64,000 bases of DNA from Octopus bimaculoides (GCF_001194135.2 NC_068986.1:4234578-4298577), one strand, 5' to 3'. Counted from the stretch's first letter, positions 10,750 through 22,733 are shown. The notes: generated from the letters alone by a model not told the origin. A program made the numbers and translations.

Positions 10750-11150
10750 ATAATACAAATTAGACTCCATTTTTAGACATAACATACTGACAAAGAAATG
10801 TCCCAGATGCACTATGTCAGTGCATACCAATAATTCAAAAAAATGCTTATACTTACGCGGAGGCAATGAATGCCCACACAACTTTGTTAGTGTTAAAATT
10901 ACTTCTCTGAAGAGTATTCATCTTGTTCACAAACAATGCACTAGAGAAAGAAATACACAGAACTAAACAAACATTAAGTGACAATGGATATTCTAAGCTA
11001 TCAAGGAATACAGATACCAATACAATACAACAAATATATCAGAGAATACATTTAAAAGAAATGCACAAACCATGTATCAAATCTATTACAGGAACCAAAT
11101 GCTCAGAAACTATCAAACAGATGAACATAATTAATTCTCTCATAAAACAT
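10750..11150 (+). mobile_element. Degenerate Penelope-like element RT C-terminal/thumb relic
   Basis: Frameshifted motifs PFLDIT, SVHTNNSKKCLYLRGGNECP and EKEIHRTKQTLSDNGYS match PLE LPFLDV...TTVYxKxT...SECP...ExxxIKQxLxxNGY. Confidence 0.55.
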
Positions 11151-11306
11151 CACAAAATACCTCACATTTGGCCATATTTTTTATGTCCCTCTTAGATTGA
11201 ATAAATATGTATTAGTAATCTAATGGGGGGGGGAGAAGGAGAAGAGGTTAAATTTATCAACGAAATAACTCTTTCCACCTCTTACTAACATTCTGCTTTT
11301 GTCTAG

Positions 11307-11345
11307 TGAAAAGAAATCAGTATTATACTTGGATAAATCTTTTAA
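11307..11345 (+). other. Candidate 39-nt internal exon
   Basis: Branch site TACTAAC (11283-89), pyrimidine tract TTCTGCTTTTGTCTAG, donor AA|GTGAGT; open in two frames (KRNQYYTWINLL or EKKSVLYLDKSF); length divisible by 3. Confidence 0.4.
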
Positions 11346-12975
11346 GTGAGTTTCTTTCTCAATGGTCCTTGTCTGAGATTAGAAAGCAATTATTGTTAAT
11401 TTAAAATTCAAGTCCATAAAAATCTGTTTTGAATATCAAAATATCTTACTTTAAATTCTTTTAAATTGTCGAACTTTAAACATAGAATAATATTTACATT
11501 AATTATTTCTTCTAAACATTTTTTTCTCAAGAAAAAAAAAAAATGCAAAAATCTATCTTGTATCAAGTAATTCTACTAAACTGACTTTTAACTAACTTTT
11601 ATGTATAGGCCAAGCTTTTATTTATTTTTATTAACTAGCAAACTGTTGATGTAACTAAGTTAGTAAATAGTTGTAGTTATTAACTGTTATGCTAGTGAGA
11701 TAGTTAACAATTGGTCTGTGTGTTAAATACTAGTGTTTCTCAAAAACCAATTTTCTCTTCACTTTTTTTTTTATGAAAGTATCAAGATGTTTCTTTATGC
11801 TAAATATTTCAATTCAGATAATTTCCAAACAGACTTGTGTTCTTCACATACACTATAGTGTAAATTATTAAGTTTTTTTTTTTAGTTTTCTATACACTAG
11901 ATTCTTTTCATGTATACATTCTATTTTATGTGCATAGTACAAGCAAAAAAGAAAAAAAATATAATTAAAAACTATTTATCTATGTAAAATATGTTATTTT
12001 GTAACTTGCAAGTAAAAAAAAAATCCATTGAGAGAAAAAAAACTTCATTTCCTACTTTTTAAACTCATTAAGATTTGTCTGTTCTTAAATGAAATACAGT
12101 CCTCCACTCCATTTTCTTTTAATGTCAAAATAGAACTTTAAATAACCATAAAGAAAATAAATTATTTTGGCTTGTATTGTATATGTAAAAAGGTTTCCTA
12201 TGAAAAAAAAAAAAAAAATTGATAATTTTTCTTTTTTGTAAATATTTTGAACAAAAATGAATCTGAGAAAATTGACATTTTACCTTTTATCTTGCCAATG
12301 CTATAAAAACACTTCTGTATGCCTTGAAAGTTTGAAGTGCAAAAAAAAAAAAGGCAAAAAAATAAAATTTAAACTTGTTACAAGGAAACTATTCTTATGG
12401 ATAAAATGAAGAAAATTTAAACGATAAAAAAATTGAAAGAAAATGAACATATATGAAATATTGTTGCTAAAACTGCCTTTTATTTCACAATTATTTTCTT
12501 ATTTGATCTGTTAATGTTTATGACCTCAAAGGTTATTCTTATAGAACAGTGATCATACTGATGTTTTAATATTATTCAATAAAGAGATCAACAGTATAAT
12601 TTTTATGTGATAAAAACTGGCTTTGAATATTAAACCTTCAAGGTTTTGCTGCTTTCAATGTATTATCACATGTTGAAAAAGAAAAAGCTTATTAGTGAAA
12701 TCACTAACTACTGTGAAATATGTAGACAACAAATAGTTAGTGGTAATCGTTTATAATTGCCAAAGAAAAAGGGAAACATATTTAAAGTTATTAAGAATTA
12801 ATTTTATGAAAGAAGAAAAAGAAATTTCATGTTTTGGAGGAAAAACCCTGACATTTAACAACAGGCAAGGTGACAACTATTTATGAACATGTTTTTGTAT
12901 TATTAAGCATCATCAGTGAGTCAGTTTCCTCAAGGCTGCTTTGATCCTCACTGGACAATAATCATTACACTACTG

Positions 12976-13016
12976 TTTCGCTGATGAGGTCTAATAAGCT
13001 TGAAACATGTCCTGAG
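12976..13016 (+). ncRNA. Degenerate hammerhead-like motif
   Basis: CTGATGA-GGTCTAATAAGCTT-GAAACATGT-C: intact core and palindromic ACATGT stem III, but stems I and II are poorly paired. Confidence 0.35.
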
Positions 13017-13881
13017 TTGTTACCATATTAAGTCAGACCCACTTTTTATTGCATTCTTTTTTTTAATTCAAATTCCAGAGTTGTTACCCTTGCTCCTCCT
13101 GACTAGAATTAGCCATTAAAGTAATAATTGTTTCTTCTCTATATAGTTGTAAATTGAATTAAAATCTCAAGGTTGAATACATAATGCCTGTGTTCAGATT
13201 TTATACTTTGGTTATTTTGAAACTGGAGCTTTGCATATGAAGCTGTTGTCTTTATTACAACTATTGTTTCTTTGCCTCACTTTTGTGATTGTAGATATTA
13301 AATAGTATCTGAGTAAGTAAGCACCTGACTTTTGTTAAATGTCTTTCCAAGCATGAAACCACTGATATGCCTAATTGACTAATTTAAGGGCATTAAGAGC
13401 TAATAAACTAAATGAAGGTATAGCTTGGTTAAAACTAAAATTATTATAGAGTATTGTAATTTACTTGAAGTATTGGATTACATGTACATGAATTAAATGT
13501 TTGCAAAATCTTTTGAGCAATGCAGGTGAGAAGTTAAGCAAAATATGTAAGGCTATGTCAATGAACGAAAATGAGAAAAGATATTTTATTTATAACTTTA
13601 AAATATTTTGGGGAAAATTCTCCTTTTTCAAATAGAAGGAAAATGTGTTGTTATCAACAAGTCATTCTAGTGTGGTGTAATGAATGGCAATGCTTGAACT
13701 ACTGTACAAGTAGTTATGATTGGTTGAGTTTGGTAGTACCAGTAGTAGCAGGTAGCCTGGTGTGTCTACAATAGGTGACATAGCATAACAAATTAGTACA
13801 ATGTATGTATGTAATACACTAATATGTACCTCTTCACACCCATATAAACACCTTACATATAAATAAACACTATATATATAA

Positions 13882-13883
<2 letters not shown>

Positions 13884-13964
<81 letters not shown>
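13884..13964. repeat. (CA)n microsatellite
   Basis: About 40 perfect CA units. Confidence 0.98.
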
Positions 13965-13970
<6 letters not shown>

Positions 13971-14034
13971 AAATATCACCTCAATCACCTTGGTGAGCCA
14001 GACTGTCAGATGTTTCTTTGAATCAGTTGGCCAC

Positions 14035-14545
14035 AACATTTAATCTGTTCTCGTCTTGATCTTACCATCCTTCTCCAGTGTAGTCTCATTATTCTCGTCT
14101 TTATATCATCAATCCGGCTGAGTGGAGGCCTTCTGAGTATTAGTTTCTGCTTACACATGTACCACTTGGCAACTGCATGGGTCCACCGATCATTGGTGTG
14201 CTGTGCAACATGTCTGGCCCATCTGAGATTGTTCAGACGGTGATCAGTGATTATGTCCTTGACTGTGATTCTTTGCTTGATCTGTTTGTTTCAGATATAA
14301 TCTCTCAAAAAGATTCCCAGCATTAACCTTTTCATAGTTCTTTCTGTTGTTATTAACCACTGTTCTTCCCTCTTCATTGTCGGCCATGTTTCACTTGCAT
14401 ACAATATTGCTGCTAGAACTGTGCTGTTGAAGAGGTTTGAGCAAGTGGCTTTGTCTACGCTCACTTCCAGCACATCCTTCACTGAGTTGAATGCTCTCCA
14501 GCCTGATCTTATTCTCCATGAAATCTCATTCATGGTAGATTGGCA
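14035..14545 (-). mobile_element. RTE-1-type LINE RT C-terminal relic (third RTE family)
   Basis: NEISWRIRSGWRAFNSVKDVL...LFNSTVLAAILYASETW...TERTMKRLMLGI, continuing after a stop to LRWARHVAQHTNDRWTHAV. Confidence 0.85.
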
Positions 14546-14931
14546 ATCTGGTGTTGTTTAGTGAAACATCTTGCCGTCATGTAGTAAAATAACGAATATA
14601 TATATATATAAAGTCCATTAGCATTCTGGTTTTTTGCGCTGAAACCAGTCCACATAGTGTAAATATATTTATGAGCAACTATTTGAATGTTTACATTCAA
14701 AATAAGATATTACTATTGTTAATATTATCTGTAGTGAATGTTTTAAAATTATAATATTAACAACAGTAACGTAAGCGTTTCCAAGTTTAATAGCATTATA
14801 TAGCTATGAAATTAAAAATTAGGACAAAGCATAAGGATACGCAAAGCATCAACCTGTTTAGAAATAGGAGTTAGTCACAATTCAACTGCCCAAAAGTACC
14901 AAATAACAAAAGTTATATACTTAATGTAAAC

Positions 14932-15330
14932 AGGCGCAGGAGTGGCTGTGTGGTAAGTAGCTTGCTCACCAATAACATGGTTCTGGGTTCAGTCCCACTG
15001 CGTGGCACCTTGGGCAAGTGTCTTCTGCTATAGCCTCGGGCTGACCAAAGCCTTGTGAGTGGATTTGGTAGACGGAAACTGAAAGAAGTCCGTTGTATAT
15101 ATGTATATGTATATATATATATGTGTGTTTGTGTGTCTGTGTTTGTCCTCCCAACATCACTTGACAACCGATGCTGGTGTGTTTACGTCCCCCGTAACTT
15201 AGCAGTTCGGCAAAAGAAACGATGCAATAAGAACTAGGCTTACAAAGAATAAGTCCTGGGGTCAATTTGCTCAGCTAAAGGCGGTGCTCCAGCATGGCCG
15301 CAGTCAAATGACTGAAACAAGTAAAAGAGT
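14932..15330 (+). mobile_element. Full-length tRNA-derived SINE S1a with internal microsatellite
   Basis: A-box-like TGGCTGTGTGGT, B-box-like GGTTCAGTCCC, GTGGCACCTTGGGCAAGTG body, (TA)/(TG) tract at ~15095-15140, 3' end GACTGAAACAAGTAAAAGAGT; more than 10 homologous copies in the window. Confidence 0.9.
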
Positions 15331-16009
15331 ATTTGAATATTTGCAAACTCATACAAACATGTTAGATCAATTATAACTTTGTTTTAGTTATTTGAGATAT
15401 TGGATCACAGTATGGTCCTCTGACTTGCCTGATCTTGACAACCCGTCCAACTCATACCAGCATGAAAAGCAGACCTGAAATGGTGATAATGATTTGTTTG
15501 CATTGGTTCTGAGATATTTCCTTAGTTGAAAATCAAAATGTTTTATTTCTACAAACAGTTATACAACAGATCACATTTTAAATTATAACATTTAATTACA
15601 TAGTTATAAGAAAAAAATCCAGAAAGATAAAAAAAAAAGGAAATAACAATAAAAGGGTGGGTAAAGCAGTGTAAGGTGGCAGGTAAGGGGGTGATGGTCC
15701 ACATACCTCAGAACAAAGGGTGTGCTCAGCCGTGCCCTGTGGTACTGACCACAATAGTCAGTACTGACCACTCTAAATTGCGGTACTGACCACTCTAAAT
15801 TGCTGATTTTGTGCCTAAACTATTATCATTATTATTGATTTGACTCAGGCATGTTCTTATTCCTAGTAGAATTCATAAGTAGCAGGCTACTAGCTGTAAC
15901 CTTAGATATCCACAAGCTTTCAGTAGTCTTTCAAGTGCTTAAAACCCTCCTGATAATCATTCCTGTCCCTAAGAGGAAAATTTTCTGTAGAAGCTCTACA
16001 GGACATTCT

Positions 16010-16478
16010 GTTATTATTATTGTTATGAAGGTGGCAAACTGGCAGAATTGTTAGCATGCCGGGTGAAATGCTTAGTAGCATTTTGTCCATCTTTACATTT
16101 TGAGTTCAAATTCTGCCATCGTTGACTTGCCTTTCATCTTTTTGGGGTTGATAAAATAAGTACCAGTCAGGCACTGAGGTTGACATAATTGACTAGTTTT
16201 CACCCCCAAAATTTCAAACCTTGTGCCTGTTGTAGAAAGGATTATTATTATTATTATATAAGGCAGCAAGTGTAAGGCACATTGGAAAAAATGCCAAGTG
16301 GCACTTCTTCTGGCTCTTTACATTCTGAGTTCGAATTCTGCCTGGGTTAACTTTGTATTTCATCTTTTCAGGGTCAGTAAGATAAGTACCCATGTACACA
16401 TTGAGGACTGAAGTTGATGTAGTTGACTTACTCTGCTCCCCTAAAATTGGTGACCTTGTGCCAGAATTTAATACCATT
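16010..16478 (+). mobile_element. Two tandem S2 tRNA-derived SINE copies (16010-16230, 16258-16478)
   Basis: GGTGGCAAACTGGCAGAAT...TGAGTTCAAATTCTGCC...CCTTTCATC...GATAAAATAAGTACCAGT...CTTGTGCC; copies separated by (ATT)n. Confidence 0.8.
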
Positions 16479-17837
16479 ATTAGAATGACATACTGTGTGA
16501 GGGGAAAATAGAGTTGATATTGTAAAACTCCAGTAAATATATTGGAATTGATTGAAACACTTTAATGAGACACTTTGTTATAACTATTGTTGATACTTAA
16601 CTGATTTAAGTTCTGATACAGATAGGGTTTGTAAAATAAATAATGCTACTATCATAGAATAGATAATTTTAACTCCAACACTGCTTCTCCACAATCATAT
16701 CTGGCTTTGAATATTGAATATGGATTAATATTTGACTCTTATCTATACAGTTACAGAGCAGAGATATGATGTTAATTAAAGGAAAATTTTTGTTTTGCTG
16801 ATAATTAATACTGCTCTCATTAAGTTAATTTATTTACCTATACTGAAAATGATTAAGCATTTTAAGGTATTTTATGCTATTAAATAGTTTTGATTGATAA
16901 AGGAAGCATTTTTCAGAAACAGAATTGTATGAAAAGCAACAGGTATGCTGTTCTATGCATGCACATTAAAAAAGATTTCTTGAATTCATTGTAAATAATC
17001 TTCATTTTATTTTGTAAATAAAGAAGGAAAAAAAAATCACAAAAGTTGTTTGATTTGAAATTGGTTGGGAACATAAATTCATGATTAAAAATTTTTTTTT
17101 TTTTAAATTACCTAAATGCAAGCTGTTACTTGAATAAATTATTACCAGCATTTTGATTTGATTTCAATCTTGAAAGAATGAAAAAAAAAAAAATACAAAA
17201 AACAATTAAGGTTAAACCACCTGGTATCAGTATACCCGATTCATATTTTCATTAAATCTCTTAGAAGGTAGTAAAGTTCTTGCTGTTAATAAAAGAGAAT
17301 AGTTAATTTAAGTAAAAGTTTGGTATCGCCTGATCTCCAAGTCCTTATTATGGCAGCTAAATTTGTAAAAGCTATTAATTTTATATTAGAAATTTGGATG
17401 TATTCTATTCCTAGAGGCTGATCTGCAGCAATGATGTATTATAGATAATGTTACATAAAATTGATATATTGTATCACATGTGCATTTTATTGAATATTGA
17501 ATCTCGTAATGAAATAATCTATTATCTATGATATATAACAGAAAGGTCACATCAAAAGTACTTGAATTTAGCTAACTCTTTGATTAAAGATATCACTAAT
17601 GTAACTGAAGCCTACTAATATATCAACTCATCTTATAGAGTAATAGTCAGTTCTGGTATCTCACTGTCCTAACTAAAACACCTGTTTTCCAACAATTCTA
17701 TAAGTATTTTTTTCTTAACTAAAAGAAATTCTCTTCATTAACAATCACTTTATAGCACTAATATAAGTAGATATTAGCACATTAAGGCCTCACATTTAAG
17801 GGCAAAATGTATTTTCAATTATATCACTTTAATATGG

Positions 17838-18696
17838 GTTTCAAATTTTGGCACAAAGCCCATAATTTTGATGGGGAAAGGGGCAAGTCAATTACATCAA
17901 CCCCAGTGCTCAACTGGTACTCATCTTATTGACCTTGAAAGGATGAAAGCAAAGTCAACCTCAATGGTATTTGAACTCAGAACTTAAGAATGGATGAAGT
18001 GTTGCTAAGCATTTTGTCTGTCATGCTAATGATTCTGTCAGCTTGCCACCTTATCAAGTATATTGATTTCAAATTTTGGCACAAGGCCAGCAACTTTGGA
18101 GAAGCGGGCAAGTCTATTACATCAACCTCAGTGCTCGATTGGTACTTATTTTATTGGCCCTGAAAGGATTCAAAGTCAACCTAGGCAGCATTTGAACTTA
18201 GAATGTTAAATAGGAAGAAACACCACCTTAGATCACCCTAATAGTGGTTTCAAGTTTTGGCATGAGGCCAACAATTTTGGAGGCGGGGGTAAATTGATTA
18301 GATCAACCCCAGGATTCAACTGGTACTTATTTTATGAACCTCGAAAGGATGAAAGGCAAAGTTGACCTTGGCAGCATTTGAACCTAGAACATAAAGACAG
18401 ACAGAATGCTGCTAGGCATTTTGAGTGTCACAGTAATGATTCTGCCAGCTTACCACCTTATCTCCCCTTAGTATTAGCACATATTAGGACAGTGAGCTGG
18501 CAGAATCGTTAGCATGCTGGGCAAAATGCTGCTAAGCAATTCGTCCATCTTTACATTCTGGGTTCAAATGCCGCCAAGGTCAACTTTGCCCATCATCCTT
18601 TCAGGATTAATGAAATAAGTACCAGTTGAGTACTAGGGTCAATACAATCGACTTACCCTCTCCCCATAATTGCTGGCCTTGAGCCAGAATTTGAAC
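17838..18696. mobile_element. Cluster of four S2 SINEs: three on minus (17838-18053, 18065-18232, 18247-18460), one on plus (18487-18696)
   Basis: Repeated TTTCAAATTTTGGCACAA...CAACCCCAG...GAAAGGATGAAAG...TTTGAACTCAG; the fourth copy is in reverse orientation. Confidence 0.85.
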
Positions 18697-19204
18697 TCAA
18701 TTACCAAGTGTTTTGTCTCTCATAAAAAAGTGATTTGATCTTCAGATTTTACTTTTATTTTCATTTAAAACATCAAAAATACTTTAAATATGATTTCAAA
18801 AGTTTCTCTCTTTCTTATTTTACTATTAGCATCTACTTCTTCATATATAATCAATGCATTTCAGTAGTCAACAGAGATTGGTTTTGTTCTTCCAAAATTG
18901 TGTGTATATGTGTGTGTGTATGTACACACACACACACCACTACCAGTTTTGCAGTATCCTTGGGTCCAAACCTGTGTTGGATTAAAAGAGGTTTCATAAT
19001 GGTAATTGTGAGTAAATTTCTAGAAGACTACCAGCCCAGATATGATATGTCGTAACAAATCAATGGTTGCTATAATTTCTTAATTTCTATAGAAAATCTG
19101 TTGAGATAATCTTAACATGTAATTTACTACCACAGCTGATGCGTCAGCAGTGGTATTAAATCACAATATTTACCCATGAAGCATTCAATATACTTTGTAG
19201 TATA

Positions 19205-19481
19205 AGGTGGCGAGCTGGCAGAAATGCTAGCACACCTGGCAGAAATGCTAGCACACCTGGCAGAAATGCTAGCACACCTGGCAGAAATGCTAGCACACCT
19301 GGCGAAATGCTTAGTGGTATTTCGCCTGTCTTTGCATTCCGAGTTCAAATTCTGCTAAGGTTGACTTTGCTCTTCATCCTTTCAGAGGTCGATAAATTAA
19401 GTACCAGTTGCATACTGGGGTCGATCTAATCGACTGGCCCTCTCCCCCAAAATTTCAGGCCTTGTGCCTAGAGTAGAAAAG
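19205..19481 (+). mobile_element. S2 SINE with 18-bp TSD and a 4x21-bp internal tandem duplication
   Basis: TSD AATATACTTTGTAGTATA at 19187-19204 and 19482-19499; TGGCAGAAATGCTAGCACACC x4 at 19216-19299; B-box GAGTTCAAATTC. Confidence 0.92.
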
Positions 19482-19894
19482 AATATACTTTGTAGTATAT
19501 TATGGTTGCATAACGAAATATGATATCCCTACAAGTAATTAATGAGACACAGGCTTTGTTTATACATCCAGCTATCTGCTGTATTCACTTTTAATACATC
19601 CTGGAAGGTTCAAATGTAAAGTATGCAAGTCACTAATGTGTCTATTATAGGAGAGCAACTCCCTTTTACAATGACAGTGTTTTCATATCGAGTTTTAATC
19701 TGGGCCCCTGTTGAATCCTCTTTTGAAACAGAACTGTGTAGGGCATAGATTTTGCCTTCACCTTTTACATGATGGAAGACTGTATCCTCTGCTGTGAAGG
19801 TATATTATTAATTAATTTGCTCTTCATAAAGAGAATGTCCTTTAGGCAGTTTGTGCATGTTAGATTTAGTTTTAAAGATGTGCATATTTATTTT

Positions 19895-20140
19895 CGTTCA
19901 ACACAGCAGCTGTGGGCTGCAAGAGGCCTCATGGCAGGCCCAGCACCAATTGGCTAGACATGATCAGAGAAGATCTCTGGAGGCTCAATGTCACCTTGGA
20001 GGATGCAGATGGGCTGGCTAGGGACTGCTAGCAATGGAGAGCATGGATGAACTTGGCTGGCTCTTACACATAATGACATCTCTGGGACCACTAATCAGGG
20101 ATGACTCCGGCTTCATCAAGCAAGAGCTTTAAGCAAGGAA
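19895..20140 (+). mobile_element. 3' end of RTE family 2
   Basis: CKRPHGRPSTNWLDMIREDLWRLNVTLEDADGLARD; homologous to 9395-9630. Confidence 0.75.
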
Positions 20141-20251
20141 GCAAACAGTTTATATTATGAGAGTTAGGTGTAAGGAGTGTGTTTTCATGTCTTTGATATT
20201 ATATGTATTTTGTTTATTCAGTAGTATTGTGAGGAATTGGAAATGGAATGT

Positions 20252-20618
20252 TATTCTTTTATTCTTTCTCTTGTTTCAGTCATTTGACTGCAGCCATGCT
20301 GGAGCACCACCTTGAAGGATTTCAGTCGAACAAATTGACCCCAGGACTTATTTATTCTCAAAGCTTAATACTTATTCTGTTGGTCTCTTTTGCTAAACAG
20401 CTAAGTTATGTTGTCAAGCAGTAATGGTGAAACAAATATGGATACAAAGACACACACACGTACACACGACAAGCTTCTTTCATTCCATCTATGAAATTCA
20501 CTCAAAGCTTTAGTCAGCCTAAAGCTATAGTAGAAGACACTTGCCCAAGGTGCCACACAGTGGGACTGAACCCTGTGTGAAAAAGCAACCTTTTTACCAT
20601 ACAGCTACACCTGTGTCT
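20252..20618 (-). mobile_element. S1a SINE
   Basis: Reverse complement of the S1a consensus, including an internal (CA)n. Confidence 0.85.
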
Positions 20619-20641
20619 ATTATGGTTTCAGGAAATTTATA

Positions 20642-20937
20642 AGTGCAGGAGTGGCTGTGTGGTAAGTAGCTTGCTTACCAAACACATGGTTCTTGGTTCA
20701 GTCCCACTGCGTGGCACCTTGGGCAAGTGTCTTCTACTACAGCCTCGGGCCGACCAAAGCCTTTTGAGTGGATTTGGTAGACGGAAACTGAAAGAAGCCT
20801 GTCGTATATATGTATATATGTATATATATATATAATATAGGATAAAATCTTTATAAGAATTTATCAAGTAGTCAGCGTGAAAAAACCCCCATAAGGAAAA
20901 AAACCCATCGTTTTTTTCCATAAATATATATATATAT

Positions 20938-20979
<42 letters not shown>

Positions 20980-21200
20980 AATATGTTTGTGTGTCTGTGT
21001 TTGCCCCACCCCCACCCCCCAACTTCGCTTGACAACCAATGCTGGTGTGTTTACGTCCCCGTAACTTAGCAGTTCAGCAAAAGAGTATGGTAGAATAAGT
21101 ACTAGGCTTACAAAGAATAAGTCCTGGGGGCGATTTGCTCGACTAAAGGTGGTGCTCCAGCATGGCTGCAGTCAAATGACTGAAACGAGTAAAAGAGTAA
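20642..21200 (+). mobile_element. S1a SINE with expanded microsatellite and a nested ~90-bp insertion
   Basis: High identity to 14932-15330; extra sequence 20834-20924 lies inside the (TA)n tract. Confidence 0.9.
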
Positions 21201-21374
21201 GTGTCCTCACATAATTATATCTCAATTGAAAACAATATCAAACTATCGGCTGCCAGAAATGCACCTGTTACGTGTGTGTTTATTTACAGAATGTATTTTT
21301 GGAAAACTCGATTAGACTGAACTAAAATCCACACAATTTTATTTGCCTGATAGTGATGCGGCCATGACTGTATC

Positions 21375-21835
21375 TTTTGCTTGTTTCTGTCATTTCCCTA
21401 CAGCTATGCAGGGACACTATTTTGAAAGGTTTAGTCAAGCAAATCAACTCCAGTACTTATATTTTTGAAGTCTGGCACATATTCCGTTAGCCTTTTAGTC
21501 CAAACTCCTATGTTACATGGATGTAAACAAACCAACACTGGTTGTCAGGTAGTGCTGAGGGGACCGACACAGACACACAGAGTTGTGTATGTATGCATGT
21601 GTGTGTATGTTATACACACACACATACATGGAGTTTCTTCAACTTCTGTCCACTTAACCCACTCACAAGACTTTGTCAGCTTTGGATTAGAGTAAAAGGC
21701 AATCGTCCAAGTTGTCGCTAGAAGTATGGTCAGCCCAGTGATGAGAAGAGATCTGCTGCCATTCTCAACTATGGTGAAATTAAAACCACACAGCCAAGCA
21801 AGCAAGCAAGCTTCTTAACCACACAGCCATGCCTG
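21375..21835 (-). mobile_element. Degenerate S1a SINE
   Basis: Recognisable blocks AAATCAACTCCAGTACTTAT, GTAAACAAACCAACACTGGTTGTCA, CACTCACAAGACTTTG, CTTAACCACACAGCCATGCCTGC. Confidence 0.6.
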
Positions 21836-21874
21836 CATCTATTGATAATTTTTGTACGTTTTCAATGTATATAA

Positions 21875-21909
<35 letters not shown>

Positions 21910-22733
21910 AAAAACAAACAAAAATATTTGGCTTTTATATTTATTTTGAATTTGTTTTGGTTGAAACTGGAACAACATCAGTTAACATTTATCTTTTGAT
22001 ATAGAAATAACTTTTCCAAATCAAAGAAAAATCTCACACAAATACTTTTGTGGAAATTAGATTTTTGTTGCATTGGCTTGATTACAGTTTGAAATGAAAG
22101 TAGAAATTTAAGAGACTTGGAATATATTTTATGAGAATAAGTTTAATTATATCATTTTATTGTATTGCACAAGATAGAAAAATAGATTTGTTTACTCACT
22201 GATTATTAGTTTTAAATAATTATATTTAAACTTACAGGTCGATTCCAATTTAATTCTTGCTTTATTTTAATTATTAATTGTTAGTTGTATTTGCTTGTTT
22301 ATATTATCAGTTTAGTAGCTCAAATAGTTTTGAAGTTGTTCAATAGAAATACCTTTTTAGTGAAATCTGTTTAACAATAGACATAAGAGAAAAGGCACAT
22401 GAATTCATTTTGAACAAATTTTAGATTTTGTATGATTTAACATTGTGTATGTGTCTGTAAATCTTTCTGTGCTAGTTTACATGACACAAGAAATTTTCTC
22501 TTGGGTGCCTTCTTCATAAAAAAATATATAGTTAAGTGCAGTGTACCACACTTAATGTGGCGAGTTAAAAATAATTTTTAATCTACTGTAATAAGAGTGT
22601 TAATTAACTTTAATGTAACTTATTTGAAGAAAAGCAACAAAAATGCATTAGGTTATAGCAGTACGTACGTTTTGTACAACTTTATTTATTTATGTAGTGA
22701 GAACACCACATAAGATGTGCAATGTGCCCCCCC

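Noticed and set aside
9583-10881. Longest ORFs in the track (432, 348, 304, 266 aa etc.)
   Set aside because: They read through N-gaps; the X runs are not sequence.
13237-13305. Signal-peptide-like ORF MKLLSLLQLLFLCLTFVIVDIK
   Set aside because: Stops after 22 codons, before the nearby GTAAGT donor; T-rich DNA gives hydrophobic peptides by chance.
19732-19799. AG/GT-bounded 68-nt segment (MMEDCILCCE)
   Set aside because: Stops in all three frames from the acceptor; only viable as a start exon, with no further support.
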